Shown piece after piece: positions 26,452-35,204 of a stretch of 64,000 nt of DNA. Under the pieces are notes generated by a model. It had not been told where the DNA came from. It ran no database searches and was given only the letters and a program-made list of their open reading frames with translations. Source of the stretch: a virus; the IMG/VR virus record IMGVR_UViG_3300031578_000014; one strand, written 5' to 3'. The position numbers and the translations under genes were made by a program. Position 1 is the first letter of the stretch, and each line of letters starts with the position of its first letter.

Positions 26452-26708
26452 CAACCGATGCAGAAGTGCAAGGGGTATTCGAGGAGTTCTGGCAGCCTAT
26501 CGTCATGCCTAACGGGGAATGGAATCTGGAGCAGGTCAAGCGGGAACTCTATGACTACCGCCGGATGATGACAAGCGTTTCTGAGGTCTATGACCAGATC
26601 ACAAATGGCCGGATCAGTAAGCCAAACACAGACGCTTCAGTAGTGATAGACGAAGCCGACGATGTGGTGAATGACCTTATCCGGGAGGCTACCGCGAAAG
26701 GTGTGTGA
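26448..26708 (+). CDS. hypothetical protein
   Basis: Track ORF, ATGA overlap. Confidence 0.55.
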   Translation: MTTDAEVQGVFEEFWQPIVMPNGEWNLEQVKRELYDYRRMMTSVSEVYDQITNGRISKPNTDASVVIDEADDVVNDLIREATAKGV

Positions 26709-27027
26709 GCATGGCGCCAAGCCTACGCCCGTCATATTGTGGGATGAAGATAGACAGGACATAAAGATTGCCAAGGTTGATCCTTGTCTTGCTTGTACGA
26801 TACATGAACTGAACGCCAGGGGAATCAGAACGATTGCGTGTTGTTGTACGCACGGGAAGTGGCCCCATGCCTCCATTCGGATTCAAACAGCCGACGTACA
26901 ACGGGCAGAAAATGTGGGGCACCATGCCATCTATCACGAAGGCTGCTGGTCAGTTGAAATACCGTACTGGTTATTGCAGAAGAAACGAGCACTGCTGAAT
27001 CACATAATCGCGGAAGGGGGAGCATAG
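26701..27027 (+). CDS. Cys-rich hypothetical protein
   Basis: GTG 26701 in track ORF 26671..27027; CLAC...CCCTH motifs. Confidence 0.45.
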   Translation: MCEHGAKPTPVILWDEDRQDIKIAKVDPCLACTIHELNARGIRTIACCCTHGKWPHASIRIQTADVQRAENVGHHAIYHEGCWSVEIPYWLLQKKRALLNHIIAEGGA

Positions 27028-27032
27028 TCACC

Positions 27033-27395
27033 ATGATACTACTAAACAGCCTCGTGAGCATTGCTTGGGTAGTCCTGATCTGCATACTTGGCGCGCTGTT
27101 CATCTATAGCCTACTGATCGTACCACATCTAGAACACAAGGCGACAGGGAAGCGTTTGGCCGAGATGGACGCTCAGGAGGATCAACTGCCAAAGGTAGGC
27201 CCCGCGGAATTCTGGTGCCAACGCTATGAATACCTCTCCCGCATCCAGCAAGCTAGAGATCGGCGTTCCCGGGACATCGAAGACGCGTGGGTACGGTATT
27301 GGAAGGAGCTGGTAGCGATAGAAGCCGAGTTCGCTGAGCTAGAGGCATCACAAGGGGAGAACGAATGCGATACAAGCGCCTGCGCAGATGCCTAA
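27033..27395 (+). CDS. membrane-anchored hypothetical protein
   Basis: N-terminal TM LVSIAWVVLICILGALFIYSLLIV. Confidence 0.55.
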   Translation: MILLNSLVSIAWVVLICILGALFIYSLLIVPHLEHKATGKRLAEMDAQEDQLPKVGPAEFWCQRYEYLSRIQQARDRRSRDIEDAWVRYWKELVAIEAEFAELEASQGENECDTSACADA

Positions 27396-27613
27396 ACCCC
27401 AATTGTCTGCATACAGTGGGCGGCGGCAAGATGACCCTCGAATCAACCTGGGTCAAGGAGTACGTTAGGCTGACCTGTCAGAGGTGCGGGGCGATTAGCG
27501 TATTCAATCCCATAGGGAAGGTCTCTCCTGATTTGAGGCGCCACATCTACGTTCAGAGGGGCAGGGGACCTATAGAGCACGTGTTTCCAAAGTCCAGAGT
27601 ATTGAGGGTCTGA
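27365..27613 (+). CDS. zinc-ribbon hypothetical protein
   Basis: CLNPNC...CQRCG. Confidence 0.5.
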   Translation: MRYKRLRRCLNPNCLHTVGGGKMTLESTWVKEYVRLTCQRCGAISVFNPIGKVSPDLRRHIYVQRGRGPIEHVFPKSRVLRV

Positions 27614-27616
27614 GAG

Positions 27617-27850
27617 ATGCACTGGGACGGCGACAAGATCATCAGCGACGGGCTAGACAAGAAGGCCGCTCAGGAAGTGCGGGAGAAGGGGCTACTGACT
27701 AGGCTGAACCGCGTGCTGACGCCCGAGGGGTACGTGCTGTTCTATACCTATGACCCCGAGCGCGTAGGCGAACCGGACGCCTTGGTGGGGCTGAGTATTG
27801 AGAGGTATAAGCCCAAAGAGGGAGAGAAGAGCCTGGCGGTGATGGGATGA
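27617..27850 (+). CDS. hypothetical protein
   Basis: Track ORF. Confidence 0.5.
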   Translation: MHWDGDKIISDGLDKKAAQEVREKGLLTRLNRVLTPEGYVLFYTYDPERVGEPDALVGLSIERYKPKEGEKSLAVMG

Positions 27851-28590
27851 ATAGCGCGGCATTCTGGATAGCAGCCGGGGAGCCGTATCTTAGAGAAGCG
27901 GTCAAATCGGCGCAGAGCCTGCGACGGCACATGCCAGATGTAGTGCGGGTACTCCTGACACAGAATATGTATCTAGGTTCCTATATCCGCGATACGGCGG
28001 CGTTCAATGAGGTCATCGGGATGGTGAATCCCGAACCTGACGAACCGTGGTATCCGTTCAGCATCGCGTGTTTTGAGTGGGCGGCGCGCAATCTTCAGGC
28101 GCCTTTGCTAGAGCCTACTCCCGATGTGCTTATCAATCTGGACGTTGATACCTATGTGATCCAGCCCTTCTATGATCTGCTGGAAGTGCTGACACGATTT
28201 GACGTAGTAGGGACGCATGCGCCGGCACGCTACACGAGCAGGACCATAGGGCCCGTTCCGGAGGCCTTCTGCGAGCTCAATCTAGGCATGCTCGCCTTTC
28301 GCAACAGCGACAAGATGAGGGGAGTGCTCAGGGAATGGGCGCGGCGCTACGAAGCGCATAAGGACGTCTACGGTGACAACGACCAGGCTTCTCTCAGGGA
28401 AACCCTCTGGAGAACGGAGGATGTGAGGATTTGGGTAGCGCCTCCCGAGTATCATTTCAGGTTCATCTTCGGGGGGTTCGCACGGTATCCAGTGAGGGTG
28501 CTGCATGGACGGGCGGAAGACATTGAGCAAGTGGCCTACAGGGTGAACAAGCCTCTCGGAATGAGGATATGGAAGAAGGGGGAGTTGTAA
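27847..28590 (+). CDS. putative nucleotide-diphospho-sugar (GT-A, GT8-like) glycosyltransferase
   Basis: INLDVDTYV DxD motif and LNLGMLAF downstream. Confidence 0.5.
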   Translation: MNSAAFWIAAGEPYLREAVKSAQSLRRHMPDVVRVLLTQNMYLGSYIRDTAAFNEVIGMVNPEPDEPWYPFSIACFEWAARNLQAPLLEPTPDVLINLDVDTYVIQPFYDLLEVLTRFDVVGTHAPARYTSRTIGPVPEAFCELNLGMLAFRNSDKMRGVLREWARRYEAHKDVYGDNDQASLRETLWRTEDVRIWVAPPEYHFRFIFGGFARYPVRVLHGRAEDIEQVAYRVNKPLGMRIWKKGEL

Positions 28591-28787
28591 TGGGAGCAGC
28601 GACACGTAGTCCCCGAAAGGTCGTAAAGGTAACTGATCCGAGCTATTCACCGCCCCGATTCTATCGACTCAGGCATCGATGGTCCTTGATAGATTGGGGA
28701 TTGTTCCGGGCGGCGTTAGTGGGTCATTTGACCGCACTACTAACTGTTCTACTGATCTTGATTGTACTTGAGATGTGTACTGGATGA
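28590..28787 (+). CDS. small membrane protein
   Basis: TAATG overlap; C-terminal TM LTALLTVLLILIVLE. Confidence 0.4.
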   Translation: MGAATRSPRKVVKVTDPSYSPPRFYRLRHRWSLIDWGLFRAALVGHLTALLTVLLILIVLEMCTG

Positions 28788-28801
28788 AGGGAGAGGGAGC
28801 T

Positions 28802-29200
28802 ATGATGTACCAGTGCGAATACTGCAAGACCAGACACGAAGAATGGACGCCCAACTGCCCCAAGTGCGGGGGGCCTCTGAAAGTCCCTAAAGGCACCTTC
28901 TACTTACACCGGCCACGTTGTCCCAGATATTCACTCCCGGTTGATGAAATCCTTCCCGAAGACCCGAAGGGCTGGGGAGAATGGTTTTCAGAATATGCCT
29001 TCGTAGACGCGTTAAATCATACACCTTCGGGTAAGGCACCTCCCGCAGAGGACTTCCGGATCGAACCGTATGAGGAGATAGACGAAGACAGGGGTTGTTT
29101 CGCAGAAAGGCATCCGAACCTTGACCGCGTTGGACAAGCCTTATCAATAGCGATTCTGGTTGCGGCGATGAGCTTGCTGATACTGCAGGCCTTGGCATAA
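28802..29200 (+). CDS. zinc-ribbon protein with C-terminal TM
   Basis: ATG behind GAAGGGAGAGGGAGC; CEYC..CPKCG; SIAILVAAMSLLILQALA. Confidence 0.55.
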   Translation: MMYQCEYCKTRHEEWTPNCPKCGGPLKVPKGTFYLHRPRCPRYSLPVDEILPEDPKGWGEWFSEYAFVDALNHTPSGKAPPAEDFRIEPYEEIDEDRGCFAERHPNLDRVGQALSIAILVAAMSLLILQALA

Positions 29201-29211
29201 AGGAGGGAGCT

Positions 29212-29424
29212 ATGAACGGAGCGATATGGTACGAAGGCACAGGTGGCGTTGGAGGATCCCCAGACGGAGTAGTGATGATAGATAAGATCGTGAATATCAC
29301 CGAGGACGACAAGCATCACTATACGCTTATTCATCTTGTTGATGGGGGGCTGATTAGGAGTCAGACTAGCGTGGCTGAACTAAGGGGTAGAATCAACTCT
29401 CTTCTCGGGGGAAGAGAACTGTGA
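29212..29424 (+). CDS. 'MNGAI' family protein, paralog 1
   Basis: MNGAIWYEGTGGVGGSPDGVVMIDKI. Confidence 0.55.
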   Translation: MNGAIWYEGTGGVGGSPDGVVMIDKIVNITEDDKHHYTLIHLVDGGLIRSQTSVAELRGRINSLLGGREL

Positions 29425-29461
29425 CCCATCACTTCATCAACCTGAAGACAAGGAGGGAGAC

Positions 29462-29767
29462 ATGAACGGAGCAATACAATATGAGGCGAGCCGCGGGGTA
29501 GGCGGAAATCCGGATGGGATAGTGGTGATAGACAAGGTCAAGTCTATCCAGGAGACAAGGTACGGCTACAGGCTCATTCTTCTCAGCGACGGTAGCCAAA
29601 TCAGGACCAGAACAACCCTGTTCGACTTGGGCAGGAGAATCAATGACGTGGCGGCTTTCCTTGCCCAGGAACAACCTACAGTCTGTAACATCGTGGCCTT
29701 GCCCGAACCCTTGCCCGGGCAGCCGCTCAGATCAGGGGACAAACCACGGCCGCTCAAGGAGGGATGA
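29462..29767 (+). CDS. 'MNGAI' family protein, paralog 2
   Basis: MNGAIQYEASRGVGGNPDGIVVIDKV. Confidence 0.55.
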   Translation: MNGAIQYEASRGVGGNPDGIVVIDKVKSIQETRYGYRLILLSDGSQIRTRTTLFDLGRRINDVAAFLAQEQPTVCNIVALPEPLPGQPLRSGDKPRPLKEG

Positions 29768-29898
29768 ACATGAATCAACTATTCGAGGCAATCTTTACGG
29801 TTTGGGCGATGTGCCTCATTGTAGCCGCGATGGTCGCCTTGCCCATCTTGGTGATCTGGCACGTAGTAACGGGTTCTCTCAGGTGGCTTGACGGATGA
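29764..29898 (+). CDS. 44-aa membrane peptide
   Basis: MNMNQLFEAIFTVWAMCLIVAAMVALPILVIW...; ATGA overlap. Confidence 0.35.
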   Translation: MNMNQLFEAIFTVWAMCLIVAAMVALPILVIWHVVTGSLRWLDG

Positions 29899-29948
29899 TC
29901 CACCACTTCATCAACCTAAGCGCCAACATATAAGAAGGGGAGGGAGCC

Positions 29949-30179
29949 ATGAACGGAGCGATCAGATACGGGACGACAGATGGGAGGTTTAGCGGTGTGG
30001 CCGTCATAGACAACATCACACACATGGATGAGGCGGCGGATGGGTACGTGTGGATCTATTTCAACGATGGAACTAGCGTTCGCAGTTCAACCGCTATCGA
30101 CACGCCGCAGAAGAGAATCTATGAAGCCGTTGTAGAGATAGCCCGCGCTTGCCAGTTCACTATATTGGAGATGGAATGA
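29949..30179 (+). CDS. 'MNGAI' family protein, paralog 3
   Basis: MNGAIRYGTTDGRFSGVAVIDNI. Confidence 0.55.
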   Translation: MNGAIRYGTTDGRFSGVAVIDNITHMDEAADGYVWIYFNDGTSVRSSTAIDTPQKRIYEAVVEIARACQFTILEME

Positions 30180-30667
30180 TCCGCCACTTCATCAACCTGA
30201 GCGGGGGCTTAGAAGCGATAGAAGGACTCGAAGCGTTTGAATTCGTGCGCATCCGCTCCACCGACTGTGAGCACAAGATGGGGCCTCCTCAGTGGGAGGC
30301 TATTCTAGCAGAGCTGGATGCGAACTTCCTCATGGCCCTGGCTCGGGGCGATGACTGTAGAGTCTATGATTCCTCGGCGGAAGGGGAATCGCACGCCCTC
30401 AGGTGGGGACTGGCATGGATCCGGTTCGTCTTGAACGCGGCATGGTTCGGCAGGGTGACGCGGCCGGTGATGATAGACGGCGAAGACAGGAGCGGCCTCT
30501 TTCACCGGGCGTGGAGAAAGACAGGCAAGAGGACCAGGCGCAAGATACGGTACTTCCGGAACTTCCTCACTACAGACGAAATCCGCCTTGAATCCGTGTG
30601 TGTCAAGGCCAAGCATGACGGCAACTGGAAATACTACAGGGAGGCGCTAACAAATGCCGGAAGATAG
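30176..30667 (+). CDS. hypothetical protein ('MIRHFINL' gene, the intact copy)
   Basis: ATGA overlap start in track ORF 30149..30667; its first 8 codons recur as stubs at 29421 and 29895. Confidence 0.55.
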   Translation: MIRHFINLSGGLEAIEGLEAFEFVRIRSTDCEHKMGPPQWEAILAELDANFLMALARGDDCRVYDSSAEGESHALRWGLAWIRFVLNAAWFGRVTRPVMIDGEDRSGLFHRAWRKTGKRTRRKIRYFRNFLTTDEIRLESVCVKAKHDGNWKYYREALTNAGR

Positions 30668-30926
30668 GGTCATTGTAATCGTCGAGACTCATTCGCCACT
30701 TGACTTAGTTAGAAAGAGGCTGAGTGCTCAATACTGTTTCAAGAAGCCAGCGGACGCCGTTATCTGCGGGCGTAATCTCTATGAGGCCGTCAAGTTGGAG
30801 GCTGCGAGATTGGAAGGCTTTACGATGCCTCCGACAGAGGGGCCGGAGCCTAAGCTGATGGGCAAGGAGTTCTATGTTAGCGACGATCTTGAGCCTAACG
30901 AAATCATCATAGGACAAAGAAGCTAG
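30654..30926 (+). CDS. hypothetical protein
   Basis: Track ORF. Confidence 0.5.
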   Translation: MPEDRVIVIVETHSPLDLVRKRLSAQYCFKKPADAVICGRNLYEAVKLEAARLEGFTMPPTEGPEPKLMGKEFYVSDDLEPNEIIIGQRS

Positions 30927-30936
30927 GCGGTGTGTG

Positions 30937-31290
30937 ATGGCGAGAGATAGAATCTGCATTGATTTCGACAATGTCATCCACTTGATGGACTGGGAACCCG
31001 GCCAGAGCATCGCCCAGATAGAAGGGGATCCGGTGCCTGGAGCCAAGGAGGCGATCGCCCTGCTGAGGGAGAGGTATGAGGTAGTGGTCCTGTCAGCGCG
31101 TGCGGACAGTGTGAAGCGCAAGCGTGCTATAGCGCGTTGGTTAAAGGAACAAGGGATAGTCGTGGATCAGATCACTGCCATGAAGTTGCCGGCGCTGATG
31201 TATCTGGACGACAGGGCGGTGCACTTCTACGGACAGTGGGAGGAAACGCTGAGGGACATCGCAGCCTTTAGGCAATGGAGGGGGCAATGA
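30937..31290 (+). CDS. HAD-superfamily phosphatase-like protein
   Basis: ICIDFDNVIH (DxDxV motif I), VVVLSAR (motif II), YLDDR (motif IV). Confidence 0.55.
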   Translation: MARDRICIDFDNVIHLMDWEPGQSIAQIEGDPVPGAKEAIALLRERYEVVVLSARADSVKRKRAIARWLKEQGIVVDQITAMKLPALMYLDDRAVHFYGQWEETLRDIAAFRQWRGQ

Positions 31291-31463
31291 GATACGTGAT
31301 CATTGCCGCGGTCTGCTTGGTAGTCAGCGCGCGGCTGTTCGGCTACGCGATGCACGGTCTACCCTTCGCCGTCGCGGGGGTAGCAGGGGCGTTCTTCAGC
31401 CTGATGGGGTTGGGCGCGGTCCGGGCTATCTCAGACGATTCGAGGAGAGGGAGATGGGACTGA
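31287..31463 (+). CDS. small two-TM membrane protein
   Basis: MRYVIIAAVCLVVSARLFGY..VAGVAGAFFSLMGLGAV. Confidence 0.45.
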   Translation: MRYVIIAAVCLVVSARLFGYAMHGLPFAVAGVAGAFFSLMGLGAVRAISDDSRRGRWD

Positions 31464-31660
31464 CAGCGGCAAGCGTGCAGAGGGGCGTGAGCATCATGCT
31501 AGAGCGTCTGCGGGCCTACCCATTTGGCTATCCAAGCCCAGGCATGACCGGCCTCCCGTCGGAGATGATTGATGCAGCTAAACGGTGGCCTGAGGCATTT
31601 TCGCCCGAGGAACTAGCACTCTTGAACACGTTGGAGAAGGACCGGGAGGAGACTAGATGA
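31454..31660 (+). CDS. hypothetical protein
   Basis: Track ORF. Confidence 0.5.
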   Translation: MGLTAASVQRGVSIMLERLRAYPFGYPSPGMTGLPSEMIDAAKRWPEAFSPEELALLNTLEKDREETR

Positions 31661-32388
31661 TCGTCATCGTCTTGGGCATGCACCGTAGCGGAACGTCTCT
31701 CGTCTCCTCCGTTCTACACTCTATGGGTGTGAAGATGGGGGAAGAGGTACACCTGGAGCGGAGGGACCCCGACAGCCAGCCTCAGGGCTATTGGGAGGAC
31801 CAAGACTTCACCTCCCTCAATCGGTTGATCATCAGGGACGCGAAGGGCCACTGGCACCGCCCCCCGAAGAGAGAACGCATCCTACAGGCCGCGCGGGGTT
31901 GGAATGAGGACATGGCCCAGATCATCGCGACGAAACAGAAGGTCATGGAAAGCGAGAACCTGGCGGCGCGGACGCTAACGGGGGCGAGCAGCTGGATCGG
32001 TTGGGGATGGAAGGACCCCCGGAGCTGCCTCACTATCGAAGCGTGGTGGCCGCATCTTCTGGAGCGCGATATACGTTTCGTGCGGGTGCGGAGGGAAAGG
32101 CGGGCGATCATTGACAGCCTCATCAGGAGGGGCGAGCAGTTGGGCAATGTGCCGCTGGCGGAGCAGCGGGCGGCATGGATCCCCGTCATTCAGGACCACG
32201 AGAACCGGATCACGAACTTCTTCGTCAGGACGGGCAGTCCGTGCATCGACATCCACTATGAGCATCTGGTGAATCGGGGCGGGCACATCGCGCCACTGAC
32301 CAAGATCGCAGACCTGCTCGGGTTGGAAGGGCGGCAATTCATCGAGGGCCTGCAGGCAGCGGAGGCCAGGATAGAGTTCAGGGGGTAG
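31657..32388 (+). CDS. sulfotransferase-like protein
   Basis: VIVLGMHRSGTSLV = PAPS 5'-phosphosulfate-binding loop; WKDPRSCLT resembles the 3'-phosphate motif. Confidence 0.65.
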   Translation: MIVIVLGMHRSGTSLVSSVLHSMGVKMGEEVHLERRDPDSQPQGYWEDQDFTSLNRLIIRDAKGHWHRPPKRERILQAARGWNEDMAQIIATKQKVMESENLAARTLTGASSWIGWGWKDPRSCLTIEAWWPHLLERDIRFVRVRRERRAIIDSLIRRGEQLGNVPLAEQRAAWIPVIQDHENRITNFFVRTGSPCIDIHYEHLVNRGGHIAPLTKIADLLGLEGRQFIEGLQAAEARIEFRG

Positions 32389-32390
32389 GA

Positions 32391-32930
32391 GTGGACAACT
32401 ACATTGTCGAGAAGGCAACGGGCGAGAAGTGGTGGAATCTCATTCTCAAAAGGGTGAAGGCAAACGATGAAGTTAGCGAGCAGCCCTTCCGTCTCTTGGT
32501 AGACTGGAGCCTACTGAGTGAGCCTATTCCTGTCAAGCTAGCGGTGTGGACTCCAGGCCGGACGGTAGTTGCCCATAGTGAGATCAGGGACTTGGGAACG
32601 GCGGCCGGCCTGCGCATCGCGGGATTGAGCAACACCGTGGTCGCCCCCGGCTATCGCCGCCAGGGAATCTATACCGCCTTGATCAAGTTGCGGAATGCCA
32701 TCCTGGATGGTAGCGACTTCGACTGCGTTGCCGCCCGCGTGAAGAAGGGCTTCGAAGACCGATACATGGCGCAATACAATCCTCAGTTTCTAGGTTTTAC
32801 GTGCGTAAAGAAAGAGGACGCGTATGGTGCGGCCTGGCTACTACGGCCAATCCATTACTGGGATCACCTTGCTGTAGAGGAAGAGAAACCGATCATGAAT
32901 CACCTCGAGACGAAGGTGAAGAAATGGTGA
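32391..32930 (+). CDS. GNAT-family N-acetyltransferase
   Basis: VVAPGYRRQGIYTALI = GNAT motif A (R/Q-x-x-G-x-G/A). Confidence 0.6.
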   Translation: MDNYIVEKATGEKWWNLILKRVKANDEVSEQPFRLLVDWSLLSEPIPVKLAVWTPGRTVVAHSEIRDLGTAAGLRIAGLSNTVVAPGYRRQGIYTALIKLRNAILDGSDFDCVAARVKKGFEDRYMAQYNPQFLGFTCVKKEDAYGAAWLLRPIHYWDHLAVEEEKPIMNHLETKVKKW

Positions 32931-33544
32931 ACTACAGGGCCTTCGTGGGCAAAGAAGCGGAGTATGATAGGCGCGGGGCGGTGCAGTTCGTCGTTCTGAC
33001 CATGCTCGGCCTGCGTGAGCATCACTACCTGCTGGACATCGGCTGTGGATCTCTCAGGGGAGGGAGGTTGTTTATCCCCTACCTGTTGCCCGGAAGATAT
33101 TGCGGGATAGACCGTCCCGAGACCCAACCTATCGTAGAGGAAGGGCTCAAGAACGAACTAGGGGAAGGCGGGGCGAAGGATCCGCTCTTCATGTATAGCG
33201 ACAAGTTCTCCTTCGGCGGATTCGGGTGCAAGTTCGACTACATTCTAGCGCAGGCGGTGTTCTGCCACATCACCCTGGCAGAGATCAGTACCTGTATGGA
33301 ACAGGCGCGACTTGTCATGAAGAAGGAATCCGTCTTCGTGGTATCCTTCCACGCGGCGGAGATAGACGACAAGAGAGAAAAGCTAACCTACCCCGAAGTG
33401 GCGTGGTACCGGATGGACACGATCCGAGGACTGGCGGCCGACGCCGGACTTTCCTGCAATCGGTTGAACCGAGTCATGCTGGGGGCGACGAATCTTCACG
33501 AACAGTATAGCCGCATGGCCTGGGTGGCGATGCGGCTCAGCTAG
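32924..33544 (+). CDS. class I SAM-dependent methyltransferase
   Basis: ATGGTGA overlap start; LLDIGCGSLRGG motif I. Confidence 0.6.
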   Translation: MVNYRAFVGKEAEYDRRGAVQFVVLTMLGLREHHYLLDIGCGSLRGGRLFIPYLLPGRYCGIDRPETQPIVEEGLKNELGEGGAKDPLFMYSDKFSFGGFGCKFDYILAQAVFCHITLAEISTCMEQARLVMKKESVFVVSFHAAEIDDKREKLTYPEVAWYRMDTIRGLAADAGLSCNRLNRVMLGATNLHEQYSRMAWVAMRLS

Positions 33545-33563
33545 GGGGCGGAAGGAACTTCGT

Positions 33564-34196
33564 ATGTGGAAGTGGAATAGCCGAGCTCGGCGCTACTACA
33601 ACGACGAAACCGGACAGTTCATGCCCAGGACTACGGTGCTCAATTACGTGCAGGGGAGCATCAACGCCGGCGGGTTGGTTACAGACACGCTAGCTGATCT
33701 CGTGACCCAGGGACGGTTGTCCCCTCCCGATTGGCGCGACATGATGCGCGAGGAGATCAAGAGGGAATACATCAGGCAATACCTGTTAGGGATCGGCGGG
33801 CGAGACCAGATGACCTTCGAGGACTGGGGGCGGCTCGGGGGAATGCTCAAGGAGCAGTATGGGTACCTTGAGGGCTTCTATAAGGAGATTGACAAGCTCT
33901 CGGAAGGTCAGGTAGCCGTCAGGGCGAGGATGTACTCTGCCAGTGCTCGAGAGGCATACGAAAGGGCGAACGGGCAGGCCTGGGGCGGAGCTCCGTTGCC
34001 AGCCTATCCCGGGGACGGAAGCACCATTTGTCTAACGAACTGCGCCTGCAACTGGGAGATCCACAGCGCCGAGGCGGAGGAAGAGCGCATGCGGTGGACC
34101 TGTTATTGGAGGTTGGGCGCGGTGAAGACGGAGCACTGCGACGATTGCGTGGGGAGAGCGATGACATGGAACCCCCTCATAGTAGAGGCGGCATGA
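33564..34196 (+). CDS. minor head protein (MuF/SPP1 gp7-like), tentative
   Basis: Position in the head module; LTNCACNW resembles the C-terminal NCRC motif of MuF-like proteins. Confidence 0.4.
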   Translation: MWKWNSRARRYYNDETGQFMPRTTVLNYVQGSINAGGLVTDTLADLVTQGRLSPPDWRDMMREEIKREYIRQYLLGIGGRDQMTFEDWGRLGGMLKEQYGYLEGFYKEIDKLSEGQVAVRARMYSASAREAYERANGQAWGGAPLPAYPGDGSTICLTNCACNWEIHSAEAEEERMRWTCYWRLGAVKTEHCDDCVGRAMTWNPLIVEAA

Positions 34197-34266
34197 TTGT
34201 TGTAACAATTCGTAGAGGGCCCAGACGGCGGCTGACGCACGCCATAGGAGAAAGGGGTATCTAGGC

Positions 34267-34491
34267 ATGGATGAGGCGGAAAAGGCCACAGAAATCAGCG
34301 AAACTGAACAGCGGGCGTATGTACAGTACTATGCGCGGGGCGGCCTGAACGCGATTGAACACCTTCCAAAAGCGCTAGATGAGTATGCCGAGGCCCTGGG
34401 CAAACCCATCAAAGACCTTACCGACCTAGAGCGGCGGCAGGCCTTCTGCAGCTACATAATGTCAGGAAAGCATCTGGAGGAAGAGGAATGA
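34267..34491 (+). CDS. hypothetical protein
   Basis: Track ORF. Confidence 0.5.
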   Translation: MDEAEKATEISETEQRAYVQYYARGGLNAIEHLPKALDEYAEALGKPIKDLTDLERRQAFCSYIMSGKHLEEEE

Positions 34492-34730
34492 TACGATCTA
34501 GGGCGCGTGCCGTATCCGTAGATGAGAGGGGGTTTGTGATCGTAGACGGCGTGAAGCTCGGGCGGCGCGTGGTCAAGGACGGCGTAGTAAAGCTCGAGGT
34601 CTGCGACAAGGACCGGCGTCGTTCGGCTGAGCGTGGGACACGGCTGGTAGAGGTGTCCGTTCAAGAATTAGAGGAGGCATTGGCCGATGTTTCACAGAAT
34701 ATGGAAGTGCTGGATCAGGAAGGTTCATGA
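34488..34730 (+). CDS. hypothetical protein
   Basis: Track ORF, ATGA overlap. Confidence 0.5.
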   Translation: MIRSRARAVSVDERGFVIVDGVKLGRRVVKDGVVKLEVCDKDRRRSAERGTRLVEVSVQELEEALADVSQNMEVLDQEGS

Positions 34731-34917
34731 CTTTGAGATCGACTATGAGGCAGCGGCGCTGAACGGCAAGTGTAGGCGTTGCGGTAGGCAGCTAAGGGGC
34801 ACTCCTGGTACCCGCTCTCTATGGCGGCGTTTCTACCCCGCAGGGCGGAAGATAGCGTTCGGACCGCCGCATTATGACGGCGTTTCATGGAGGTACAATG
34901 CCAGAATATCTAGATAG
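34687..34917 (+). CDS. zinc-ribbon hypothetical protein (overlaps both neighbours; uncertain)
   Basis: CRRCGRQL motif; 44-nt overlaps. Confidence 0.3.
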   Translation: MFHRIWKCWIRKVHDFEIDYEAAALNGKCRRCGRQLRGTPGTRSLWRRFYPAGRKIAFGPPHYDGVSWRYNARISR

Positions 34918-35110
34918 GTCAAGAGATGGTTGCAAGGTGTGGGATTTCTCCCCATGGCCGAATGTTGAATGCTGCCAACTCTGTCACGATGGGGAGGAAG
35001 GGCATCACATGGCCGTCGTGACGGACCAACCGCAGGAGTGGATAGTGAAGGTCTGTCATCCCCTCGCGGAGCGTTTGAAGGCGATGGGGTATCTGCTTGA
35101 GGAAGCATGA
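34874..35110 (+). CDS. Cys/His-rich hypothetical protein (ATG 34898 is an alternative start)
   Basis: ECCQLCHDGEEGHH..VCH; GGAGG RBS before 34898. Confidence 0.5.
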   Translation: MTAFHGGTMPEYLDRSRDGCKVWDFSPWPNVECCQLCHDGEEGHHMAVVTDQPQEWIVKVCHPLAERLKAMGYLLEEA

Positions 35111-35156
35111 TGGCGTTTCATGGAGATCTCGACTAAAGTAGACGAAAGGCACTTCC

Positions 35157-35193
35157 TTGAAGAAATAGGTGCCCAGTTTACTTTAACTATTAG
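35157..35193 (+). promoter_or_regulatory. sigma70-like phage promoter, family copy 3
   Basis: TTGAAGAAATAGGTGCCCAGTTTACTTTAACTATTAG upstream of ATG 35205. Confidence 0.55.
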
Positions 35194-35204
35194 GGGGGAG
35201 CAGA

